From: Octopus sinensis
Taxonomy: Eukaryota
DNA: 11,496 bases
Assembly: GCF_006345805.1 (NCBI RefSeq)
Contig: NW_021826986.1
Location: 1-11,496, forward strand
Direction: 5' to 3'
The notes beneath the pieces were generated by a model. That model was not told the DNA's origin and did no database searches. It worked only from the letters and a program-made list of their open reading frames with translations. Numbering within the stretch: the stretch's first letter is position 1; each line of letters begins with the position of its first letter. Shown one piece after another: positions 1 to 9,491 of this stretch. The position numbers and the translations under genes were made by a program.

Positions 1-304
1 TAACTGTCTCGTGAATCTATTATGCAAATTAGCCGGGAAGATGTGTGCATATATTATAGAAAAATCTCATGACATACACATACACACAGACACAAAAGTA
101 CACATATGGACAGACACACACAAGTGAACACTCAGGCACGATTTTACATTTATTACTGGGAGGAAAAGAGCATCAAATATACAGTTAAACCAGCCAGTTT
201 GTTTATTTACTGTGATGTTTCGTATTAAGTTGTGTTCGCCATAGAATTAATTCTAAAGTAAATACGGGCAATAAATAAAATACTAATAGAAACACAAATG
301 ATAC

Positions 305-384
305 TAACAATAATAACAAAAATAATAATAATAACAATAATAATAATAATAATAAGAAGAAGAAGAATGACAATAATAATAATG

Positions 385-430
<46 letters not shown>

Positions 431-488
431 CGATAATAATAATGATATAATAATACAAATAATAATAATTATTATAATAATAAAATAA

Positions 489-519
<31 letters not shown>

Positions 520-725
520 TAATAATAGTAATGATATAATAGTATAATAATAATAGTAATAAAAATAAAAAAATAAAAGTGATAATAATGATAATAATAA
601 TAATGATAATAATAATAATATAATAATAATAATAATATTAATAATATAATAATAATAATAATATAATAGTAATGATCATATTAATAATAATAATGATAAC
701 AATAATAATAATAATAATGATAATA

Positions 726-766
<41 letters not shown>

Positions 767-792
767 AATAATAATAGTAATGATAATAATAA
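305..792. repeat. Long imperfect (TAA)n trinucleotide microsatellite with (AAG)n and (TGA)n sub-blocks
   Basis: Direct reading: ~490 bp of TAA units, a short AAG run near 352-368 and a pure TGA run near 727-765. It explains the poly-Ile and poly-His ORFs. Confidence 0.97.
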
Positions 793-1189
793 CCTGACCA
801 AAACTTAAAAACAGTGGAATTGTGTGAACCAATGAAAGAGTTCCTTATTTGAATATGGATTCTTTTGTTGCTGAAATCGTCTGCGCTGCTCAACGTTTTG
901 CGCTGCAATCAATACAAAACGAGATTCCGAACAGCATGCTTTTACTGAGAGGGGATCAAATTGCTAACATTTGTCCGAATTTTTATTCTGACTCATCCTC
1001 GTACGGCCTCCTATCATGAAGATGATGATCTAGGCTACCATGGGACTTAGAAACATAGAAGAGAGAAAAGCAAAAAAGAAGAAATAAAGAAAGAAACCAC
1101 GGTGGGAGTCCACCGGACTGGACCACACTGCGCAAGTGTTCGTGAAATCATGCTGAAATAACATACAGATAACTTATTGTGTAAATGTT

Positions 1190-1340
1190 GAAATATATGC
1201 GTCAGAACATATGTATGCATATACATACATATATACATATGCACAAATATATATATATATATATATATATATGCATATATATATATATATATGGGTGTGT
1301 GTGTATGTATACATATGTGTGTGTGTGTTTGAGTATATGT
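1190..1340. repeat. Compound (TA)n/(TACA)n/(TG)n microsatellite
   Basis: Direct reading. It runs straight into the 3' half of a family A SINE, like the internal microsatellite of the full copies. Confidence 0.9.
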
Positions 1341-1498
1341 TTGTGTTTGTCCCAACATCCCTTGACAAGCAAAAGAGACTGATTGAATAAGTACCAAGCT
1401 TACAAAGGATAAGCCCCGGAGTCAATTTGTTCGACTAAAGGCAGTGCTCCAGCATGGTTGCAACCAAATGACTGAAGCAAGTAAAAGAATAAAAGAAT
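1338..1498 (+). mobile_element. SINE family A, 3' half only, with an internal deletion of about 40 bp
   Basis: GTTTGTCCCAACATCCCTTGACAA...GAATAAGTACC...TTCGACTAAAGGCAGTGCTCCAGCATGG...AAATGACTGAAGCAAGTAAAAGAATAAAAGAA aligns by eye with 6455-6652. It lacks the CCGATGGTGG...TTAGCGGTT segment. Confidence 0.9.
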
Positions 1499-1672
1499 AT
1501 ATATGTGGGGGAGTGTCTGTGTGTGTGAATATATATGTGTGTGTGTGCCTGTGTGTGAATATATATATGTGTGTGTGTATATATATACATGTGTGTATGT
1601 GTGTGTGAATATATATATATATGTGTGTGTGTGTAGATATATATTCACACACATACACACACACTCACATAT
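1499..1672. repeat. Compound (TG)n/(TA)n microsatellite with higher-order unit GTGTGTGAATATATAT
   Basis: The unit occurs at 1521, 1551 and 1601, with a reverse-complement copy at 1637-1652. Confidence 0.9.
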
Positions 1673-2042
1673 GTATCTATGTAGGCAATTTAATATATGC
1701 ATGTATAAACGTACGCCATTTATGCACACTAAGTAACGACAATTATGTATATTTGTATGTTTGTATGTATGCATGCAGAACACACATTTTGGCAAAACTG
1801 TTACGTAGCAATCTTTCGACATTGATTTCTAAACCCTGCTTTCGATCAGTGGTCCATAAGATACTGAGTTGGATTCCCATGTATGAGGAATTAGTGTATG
1901 AATATTTGTTTTACAATTAATGTACTTTGATAATTGCTTTCAAACGTATGTGTGTATGCATCTATTTAACAGTATTAAACATATACGTATGTTTGTGCGC
2001 GTGTACATTTATTAGTTTGAATGTTTTAAATGGATATTGTAA

Positions 2043-2180
2043 ATATATATATATATATATATGTTCGTAATTATGTATGTATGTATGTATCTAGCTATCA
2101 AATATATATATATATATGAAGAGAGAGAGAGAGAGAGAGATTCGAGTGTTTCTATGTATGTCGGTGTGTGTGTGTGGGGG
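2043..2180. repeat. Compound (TA)n, (TATG)n, (GA)n, (TG)n microsatellites
   Basis: Direct reading. Confidence 0.9.
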
Positions 2181-2397
2181 GTTACATATTCAGGGAGACA
2201 AAACAGACAGAGAGATAGATATATATTCATGTATGCATGTGAATCTTTCTCTTACTTTCAGCGTCACAGGTTTTAGAGATGTATATGTTCGCCTATATGT
2301 GTTTCTTTGTGCGTGCGTGTGTGTGTGTGTGTGTGTTTTTGTTAATATACTAGATATCATTACTTCTGGAAGAATGAGCTATTACAAAGCGTGCAAT

Positions 2398-2415
2398 ATT
2401 ATATAGGATATATTA

Positions 2416-2471
<56 letters not shown>

Positions 2472-2484
2472 TGTATGTATATAT
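2398..2484. repeat. (TA)n microsatellite flanking repeat family C copy 1; TA resumes at 2690-2721
   Basis: Direct reading. Confidence 0.95.
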
Positions 2485-2689
2485 GGGGGGAGAGTTTACG
2501 AAAAAAAAACAAAAGACGAAGATAAGTGGTATACAAAATAAACAGATGTATTAGTATAACGCTTAGGAATTGAAAAAGTCTTTTACGTTTCGAGCCTACG
2601 CTCTTGTACAGAAAGGGACACAGAAAAAAGCAAGGATAGAAACAAGGAGAGAAAAAAGTGTGTGTAGTGGCTACCGATCTATCATGGCG
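2485..2689 (-). mobile_element. Repeat family C copy 1: short non-autonomous element, probably derived from a Penelope-like element terminal repeat, containing a hammerhead motif
   Basis: Near-identical to 3172-3371 (e.g. AAACAGATGTATTAGTATAACGCT and AGGAATTGAAAAAGTCTTTTACGTTTCGAGCCTACGCT). It sits within (TA)n and has no pol III boxes. The Penelope assignment is inferred from the hammerhead type. Confidence 0.75.
2580..2615 (-). ncRNA. Minimal type I hammerhead ribozyme-like motif, copy 1 (variant core)
   Basis: Minus strand reads CUUU-CUGUACA-A-GAGC-GUAG-GCUC-GAA-ACGU-A-AAAG. Stem I is CUUU/AAAG, stem II is GAGC/GCUC, stem III is the palindrome ACGU and the cleavage triplet is GUA. It deviates from CUGANGA at positions 6 (U) and 8 (C). 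Confidence 0.65.
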
Positions 2690-2721
<32 letters not shown>

Positions 2722-3171
2722 ATTGAGAGAATTAAAATCTGGCGATCCTTTGCACAGTTGAAACAACTCGGTCACTGTAAGCAACTGACGCTTCTATTCC
2801 TTCAATAAATATATATGCTCTACACAGGTTCCGCGTTGAAGACGCCGTATTGCGTATTATACTAGTAGCCAGTATCCCCTACTATACAAGTGTGTTCGTG
2901 TCGATATGTTTGTTAGACAATACAGTAGGCAGCTAGTTACAAATTATTTATGTAACACTTTTATTTTGGGGGATTATTAAAATAGTATACCCCGATTTAT
3001 ACATATCTGAAACTCGTCGCCATAATTTAAAATTTAGGGTGATGCTCGATAGACTTTGCATCCCATAACGTTGATTAATACGAAGCGGTGAAGAGTGTAA
3101 TAAATACGTGAGTCTGTGTGTATATATTCATGTACATGTCAGTGTCAGTGTTGTGTGTATATGTATATATA

Positions 3172-3371
3172 GCGAGAGTTCACGAAAAAAACAAAAAACA
3201 AAAAAACAAAAGACGAAGACAGGTGGCGTATAAAACAAACAGATGTATTAGTATAACGCTCAGGAATTGAAAAAGTCTTTTACGTTTCGAGCCTACGCTG
3301 TTCTACAGAAAGGGACACAGAAAAAAACAAGGAGAGAAAAAAATATTTGTAGTGGCTACCGATCTATCATG
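3172..3371 (-). mobile_element. Repeat family C copy 2 (hammerhead-containing, Penelope-like-derived)
   Basis: Direct repeat of 2485-2689. It differs by an expanded (AAAAAAC)n block, absence of the duplicated CAAGGA.AGAAA unit, and scattered substitutions. A TA/TG run abuts its left side. Confidence 0.75.
3277..3312 (-). ncRNA. Minimal type I hammerhead ribozyme-like motif, copy 2 (variant core)
   Basis: Minus strand reads CUUU-CUGUAGA-A-CAGC-GUAG-GCUC-GAA-ACGU-A-AAAG. The core is CUGuAGA (only position 6 deviates) and the first pair of stem II is a C-C mismatch. Confidence 0.68.
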
Positions 3372-3832
3372 TAAACAAATGGGTCTGTACAGTGACTTTC
3401 AAATTTGACCCCGTTATACATCTATGTGTAAAATTTTAACGATTCATTCCCATCACGGACTAGTACAATTAATAAAAACAGATGACTGACCTTTCATTAG
3501 TAGAGTTAGTTGTCAATAAGAAATCGGATTTGTTCTTCTCACTAAATAGCAGAAGTACCTCATCAGGTGCGCGATCTTCGTACGATTTCCAAAAAAGCGA
3601 GACTAGATACCGAAAACTATGGACTGAAGATGTTTCAAAAATGAGTTTTCTATTCATTTACGAGTATCAAAATCGTCACATATTCTACTGAAGGTTATTA
3701 GTTGATAAAATTGCCTGCAGTATTTATCTGGTACACATACTAACCAGAGAGGACGCGTCAGTCTTAAAGTAAACCATAACGAGATCTGAAATTTCGGCGT
3801 ATAAGACCGCAACTACACAGACATAAGCACAC

Positions 3833-4040
3833 ATGTATACATATATATATATATATGTATATAAGTATGTATATATGCATGTACGTGCATGTATACGTAC
3901 ATATATACACTTACATACATACGTACATACATACATACATACACACGTACATACATTCATATATATATATATTTATATATATATGCATATATTATATTTC
4001 TGTAAGTATGTATATAATTACGTATGTGTTTGTTTATGTA
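3833..4040. repeat. Compound (TA)n/(TACA)n microsatellite
   Basis: Direct reading. Confidence 0.9.
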
Positions 4041-4159
4041 TTTATTCTTGGATCTTGCAGAATATGCTCCGGGACATTACACATTGGCTATTTATATCCA
4101 TTGCATATATTATTATAATTTCAACTGAAAATGGTCTTCAGTTTTGGATCTTCGCTTTC

Positions 4160-4272
4160 ATGTGTGTGTGTGTATGTGTGAATGATGACAATGTGCTTGC
4201 ATCTTTGTGTGTGTGTGAGCGAGAGAGAGAGAGAGAGTGTGTGTGTGTGTATGTGTGTGGTTTGTGTGTGGG
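4160..4272. repeat. (TG)n/(GA)n microsatellites
   Basis: Direct reading. Confidence 0.9.
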
Positions 4273-4427
4273 TGTCCATTCTTTCGTTCTCTAATTCATT
4301 ATCACCACCAAATCAATGCGAAGTCCATGTGATTTTGTTTTTCACATACAAACACTAAGGAAAACAAGCATCCTAACCAAAGAAAGAGAGAAAGGCAAAG
4401 GAATAGTAACAATGGTATTGCGTTTGT

Positions 4428-4630
4428 TCTCTTACCCTTTCTCTTCCTCTCACCCATCAGCTCTTTCTTTCATTCTCTCTCCCCCCTCTCTCTCTCTATA
4501 TATCTCTCCCTGTCTGTTCTTCTTTTACCCTCGCGTGCTATATCCGTTCCTCTCCCTCTCTCCACGATGTAATTTTTTTTTTCACATACACTCTCTACTT
4601 TCGCTCTGTCCCACTCTTTCCCTCTGCTTT
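4428..4630. repeat. Degenerate CT-rich polypyrimidine low-complexity tract
   Basis: About 200 bp dominated by C and T, with (CT)n remnants. Confidence 0.8.
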
Positions 4631-5130
4631 ATAGTATAGGAAGCTGAATCGAAGTCTCAGACTTATGAGTCATCGGAACCGGGAGATAAATAACGTAAAA
4701 CTCGATGCTGCGATTGACCAGAATGCAGATTGTTAAAGATCTCTTTAACCTTTTATGGAAATTAACCGATAAAATGTATGCAACATTTTAATACTTAAAT
4801 TATGCTGATTTTTAACTGAAACAGCTCATGCTATGCAATTTCTACTTCGGTGAGGCTGATAAAAAAACTTTTGGCAGGCCGGTTGTTATGCTGTCAAAAC
4901 TGTTTAGCCCTAGGTCACCCCCCCCCCGATGGAGTAAGCAGCTCTAGTATCGAAGCCATATTTTTAGATCATCCATAACTCTATCTTCGGATATGATAAA
5001 GTTTCATGCGACTAAAAAGTGTTATCGAGGTTTAATATATACAAAGACAGATTTGGAGAAATTGAGGTAAATTTGACTGCTCTTTCCAGCAGTTCTAACA
5101 ATCATGTCTACTCCCGGGATCGTTTTAGCG

Positions 5131-5267
5131 CATATATATATATGTATGTATGTATGCGTTGCGTGTGTGTCTATTTATGCATGTATGTTCGTATGTATGA
5201 ACGTAGGTAATATATATATATATATATGATATATATCTATATATATAATATATATTATATATATATA
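5131..5267. repeat. (TA)n/(TATG)n microsatellite
   Basis: Direct reading. It abuts the 5' end of a family A SINE. Confidence 0.9.
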
Positions 5268-5694
5268 GGCGCAGCAGTAGCTGTGTTGTAAGTAGTCTGC
5301 TTACCAACCGCATGGTTCCGGGTTCAGTCCCACTGCGTGACACCTTTGGGAAGTGTCTTGTAATATAGCCTTGGGCCGACTAAAGCCTTATGAGTGGATT
5401 TGGTAGACGGAAACTGAAAAGAATCCCATTGCGTATATCTGTATACATGTGTGTGTGTGTGTGTGTGTGGTGTGTGTGTGTGTGTGTGTGTATGTTTCTT
5501 GCGTGTCTGTGTTTGTCCCCGCCCCATCGATTGACAACCTATGTTGGCCTGTTTACGTCCCCATAACTTAGCGGTTTGGCATAAGTCACCGATGGAATAA
5601 GTACTAGGCATATGAAAAATACGTCCTCGTGTTGATTGATTTGTTCGACTAAAAGGCGGTGCTCCAGCATTATTGAAACAAATAAAAATAAAAA
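5268..5694 (+). mobile_element. tRNA-derived SINE family A, near full length, with internal (TG)n
   Basis: GGCGC start, A-box-like TAGCTGTGTTG and B-box-like GGTTCAGTCCC (5321-5331). A CORE-like CACCTTTGGGAAGTGTCTT follows. It is colinear with 6253-6652, has a short deletion in the tail after GCTCCAGCAT, and ends A-rich. Confidence 0.92.
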
Positions 5695-6252
5695 TTCATA
5701 TATTGCTTTCAAACAATTTCCCCCAGGCACCAGTTCTAAGAACGACAGCTATAAGTTCCAGTCTACACAGATATGAGAAGAGCGCGTATGTGAAAACGCG
5801 ACATAGACTCATCTCTTATAAGTACTCGGTTGATGATACACTGAAATTGCTCAGAGCCATTGTTTTATTTGTTGAATATAGCGTATGTTTCAGTTTTCAA
5901 GCTAAGAAAAACCCGCCGTTGAAACACGTAAATTTTACATAGTCAGGAAGTTCGTGGTGGTCTTCGCTGGCAAAATTAAATGTCTCATTGTTAACTTCCA
6001 GTATAAGCGATATCAATTTCTTGTTTTGCCAACTTTTGAAAAGAACTGAAATATTAAACTCTCCACATCTCGTTGAACTTGATAACGCATGAGCTATTGT
6101 AACAACATATGATAGAGACTCAACAACAGTAACATTGGAACATTGCGACTACTATATATGGTTTTCGAAGACGAATCATTTCATTGACTGTAGAATATCA
6201 ATCAAGCAAAAAGTAAATTAAAAAAGATGCAAGTTATCAACAAAAGTTGACC

Positions 6253-6652
6253 GAGTGGCTGTGTGGTAAGTAGATTGTTTACCAACCACATGGTTCCAGG
6301 TTGAGCTTCACTGCGTGCCACCTTGGGCAAGTGTTTTCTACTATAGCCTCGGGCCGACCAAAGCCTTGTGAGTGGATTTGGTAGACGGAAACTGAAAGAA
6401 ACCTGTCGTATATATATATATCTATATATGTGTGTGTATATGTTTGAGTGTCTGTGTTTGTTTCCCCAACATCGCTTGACAACCGATGGTGGTGTGTTTA
6501 CGCCCCTGTAACTTAGCGGTTTGGTAAAAGAGACCGATAGAATAAGTACTATGCTTGCAAAGAATAAGTCCCGGGGTCGATTTGCTCGACTATAGGCGGA
6601 GCTCCAGCATGGCCACCGTCAAATGACTGAAACAACTAAAAGAGAAAAAAGA
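6253..6652 (+). mobile_element. tRNA-derived SINE family A, near full length
   Basis: A box TGGCTGTGTGG (6256-6266), a decayed B box, CORE-like CACCTTGGGCAAGTGTT, internal (TA)n(TG)n at about 6408-6455, and 3' tail GCTCCAGCATGGCC...AAATGACTGAAACAACTAAAAGAG. Confidence 0.93.
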
Positions 6653-6730
6653 GTAGGAGATACGACAGTAGATTTTCATAATCGCCTATTTGAAATATAG
6701 TTTCTAACGCATTAATGAACATTCTCGCAG

Positions 6731-6766
6731 CACACACACACACAAACACACACACAGACACACACA
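6731..6766. repeat. (CA)n microsatellite
   Basis: Direct reading. Confidence 0.9.
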
Positions 6767-7403
6767 TCCAATCCTTTCTATGATTGTCGCATGATTTATA
6801 GAATATCTTACATCCAGTGGACTATTCGAAAGCCACAGTAAACAGAATCACATGTGCCACAGGCTTTAATTAATGGTAGACATTGTAAGTTGTACGCTTA
6901 TCAATAACTCATTCAGGAGTATCATCATCACCGAAGCCTTCCACCTACGGCAAACGTGGAATACACAAAGATATACAAATAATGATGGACAGTGCAAAAT
7001 GGACTTTGTGATTAAGAGAAAGAAGAACAAAATGGTTATAATGCATTTTATTCACTGAGTAGAATCTTTATTATTCAGGTACAATGTCAATTTTCTTGGG
7101 AAGAATGAATAAAATACTTAAACTGACTCGGGCGTTATGCGTTCCTTTTATCTGTTCTAGAACGATGAAAGAGAAGCAGTGCCCTCAAGTTAGTAAACTT
7201 AGTAAATTCACCCGATCGGTGGGACTGTATGCATGACTGCATGACATTCATAACCTGTTGTAGATCACTAGCGAAATAAATGAAGAGAGATAACAGTAAG
7301 TAAGGAATTAAAGCAGATTCCTTGAATATATGTCGTACCTGGGCGAGCTTGGAGTTGATTAAAGCCTGAAACGAATGTTATGCATTTATCATATCTTTGA
7401 TAT

Positions 7404-7791
7404 GGAATGGAAGCACTCCGTCGGTTACGACGACGAGGGTTCCGGTTGATCCGATCAACGGAACAGCCTGCTCGTGAAATTAACGTGTAAGTGGCTGAGC
7501 ACTCCACAGACACGTGCACCCTTAACGTAGTTCTCGGGGATATTCAGCGTGACACAGAGTGACAGGCCGGCCCTTTGAAATACAGGTACAACAAAACAGG
7601 AGTAAGAAGTAAGAGTGAGAAAGTTGTGGTGAAAGAGTACAGCAGGGATCACCACCATCCCCTGCCGGAGCCTCGTGGAGCTTTAGGTGTTTTCGCTCAA
7701 TAAACACTCACAACGCCCAGTCTGGGAATCGAAACCGCGATCCTACGACCGCGAGTCCGCTGCCCTAACCACTGGGCCATTGCGCCTCCAC
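7404..7791 (-). mobile_element. tRNA-derived SINE family D, full length, young, with a 10-bp TSD
   Basis: Minus strand has A box TGGCCCAGTGG (7769-7779) and B box GGTTTCGATTCCC (7724-7736) at tRNA-like spacing. The body is CpG-rich and ends in (TTCCA)2. Perfect direct repeats TCTTTGATAT flank it at 7394-7403 and 7792-7801. Confidence 0.93.
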
Positions 7792-8009
7792 TCTTTGATA
7801 TACTGAATATCGTTAGTTCATCCAGTATTATTAATATAAATAGGAGGATTGGTTCGAATCCATTTGGAAAATAGGTTAATTTGGGCTCCAGCAGAAAAAA
7901 AAAGAGCAAATTATAAAATATAGAATATAGAACATAAATTAATTTCTACGTTATTTATATTATAGAGAAAAAAAATGAAATTCTTTTTCCAATTAAACTA
8001 AATAAATTT

Positions 8010-8241
8010 ATTCTTATCTATTCTAGGCACAAGGCCCGAAATTGCGAGAGAGGGGGTCAGTTGATTAGATCGACTCCAGTATGCAACTGGTACTTAGATT
8101 ATCGACCCAGAAAGGATGAAAGACAAAGTCGACCTCGGCGGAATTTGAACTCAGAACGTAGCAGCAGACGAAATACCTATTTCTTTACTACCCACAAGGG
8201 GCTAAACATTGAGAGGACAAACAAGGACAGACATACGGATT
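8010..8241 (-). mobile_element. SINE family B lacking its A-box head, fused to a different 64-bp upstream segment (8178-8241)
   Basis: 8010-8177 is the reverse complement of about 11266-11430 (B box GAGTTCAAATTCC, GAGGTCGACTTTG, GGGCCTTGTGCCTAGA). Homology stops abruptly at GGTATTTCG. Confidence 0.9.
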
Positions 8242-8699
8242 TCTAGCAAGATATTTGACTGCATAAAAGTTTTTCATTAATAATCGCATAAAGTACATGA
8301 CCCTCTTAGACTATAAATGTCTGGTTTCTAAACCTGAATAATTTAACAATAGGTGGACGAGATATATCTTACCTTCTGTTATAAAAATCAAATTACAAAA
8401 TAATGGATATACATTTAATTTTCCGATTAAATTTTCTACGAGTTTTAATAATAACCAATGAACGAGGACACTGAACTCCCAATAGAATGAAGGTGTTATT
8501 CTAAATAACATAATTACACTCTGTCACTTCTCTTCAAGATGTAGATAAGAAATTACAAAGGATGCAGTAGCAACAAATATATGTGTGGGTTTCAGTAAAG
8601 ATTCTTCAAACTTCTTTAAACATTTCTTATTGTGAAGATGTTTATAATTAATCTACAAGCTTATTTCAATTAGTATATCAAGAGAAATGAGTGTGTGAA

Positions 8700-8752
8700 A
8701 ATGTGTATAGCTATGTATATATGTGTATATATGTATGTGCATATTTGTGTGT

Positions 8753-8786
<34 letters not shown>

Positions 8787-8851
8787 ATTATATATTATAT
8801 ATTTAACATGTATATTATATATATTATATATATATATATATATAATACATA

Positions 8852-8905
<54 letters not shown>

Positions 8906-8930
8906 CATATATAATATATATACATATAAT

Positions 8931-8972
<42 letters not shown>

Positions 8973-8975
8973 TAC

Positions 8976-9024
<49 letters not shown>

Positions 9025-9062
9025 ATATATATATATATATATATACATACATACACACACGT
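8700..9062. repeat. Very long imperfect (TA)n microsatellite
   Basis: About 290 bp of almost pure A/T (8755-9045) with TG- and CA-rich flanks. Confidence 0.97.
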
Positions 9063-9491
9063 GTGGGTTTATTTATACCTGTGTATGTATAGTTTGATTT
9101 ATGAATATCTTGAAGCTGATACAAACAAGTTAGTGTTGTTTACGAATGTTCGTGATACCCGATGTAAACATGTTATAATAAATTTAAATATACATTGATG
9201 TCTTAAAGTGCTTTGCCTTAGCTGAAATCCTACAACGGAGCAATATAAACGCAGCTTTTATTCAGACCCAAGTTTGCGTTCACCAATGAGACGTATATTC
9301 CTGACGCTCTAGACGAGACAATCGAGTCTCTTTGAAGGGTGTCTACGAATATATCATTCAACGTGTGCGATTTTACAACGATTTGAGGCAGATATCGATT
9401 TTGCATTTCTTTCAGGTCACATGGTCACGCAGCAGCTCCCACATTGGCTCGTGAACTATAGCTTTAATGTATTTCAGCTGCTGTATACACA

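Noticed and set aside
794-902. Candidate minus-strand exon (TTGCAG acceptor, CAG/GTTATT donor, one open frame RKTLSSADDF...KFWS)
   Set aside because: The donor is weak and lies at the microsatellite edge, and I recognise no protein similarity. It would need spliced RNA-seq or tBLASTn support.
2485-3371. LTR retrotransposon or CRISPR reading of the direct repeats
   Set aside because: No TG...CA termini, primer-binding site, shared TSD or coding region. There are only two long repeats, in a eukaryotic context.
3555-3595. Minus-strand CTGATGA with a nearby GAAA, a possible third hammerhead
   Set aside because: No stem I or stem II pairing and no correctly placed UH cleavage site.
3469-3691. 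Overlapping 62-69 aa ORFs in non-repetitive sequence, with a minus-strand AAG/GTCAGT donor-like site
   Set aside because: The lengths are expected by chance, no motif is recognisable and there is no convincing matching acceptor.
5772-5820. Imperfect hairpin GAGAAGAG..TATGT / ACATA..CTCATCTC
   Set aside because: Short interrupted stems in AT-rich DNA, with no ncRNA motif.
7070-7200. Possible very old family B relic (GAACGATGAAAGAGAAG versus GAAAGGATGAAAGACAAAG)
   Set aside because: Only short patches match; not distinguishable from chance by eye.
7715-7790. tRNA gene (Arg-like)
   Set aside because: The acceptor and anticodon stems do not pair properly, and it is the head of a TSD-flanked SINE.
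225-9124. Many ORFs rich in I, Y, H, T, C, V or M (e.g. 225-458, 1400-1822, 3833-4294, 8670-9056)
   Set aside because: They are translations of TAA, TA, TG and TACA microsatellites, open in several frames on both strands, with no domain signal.
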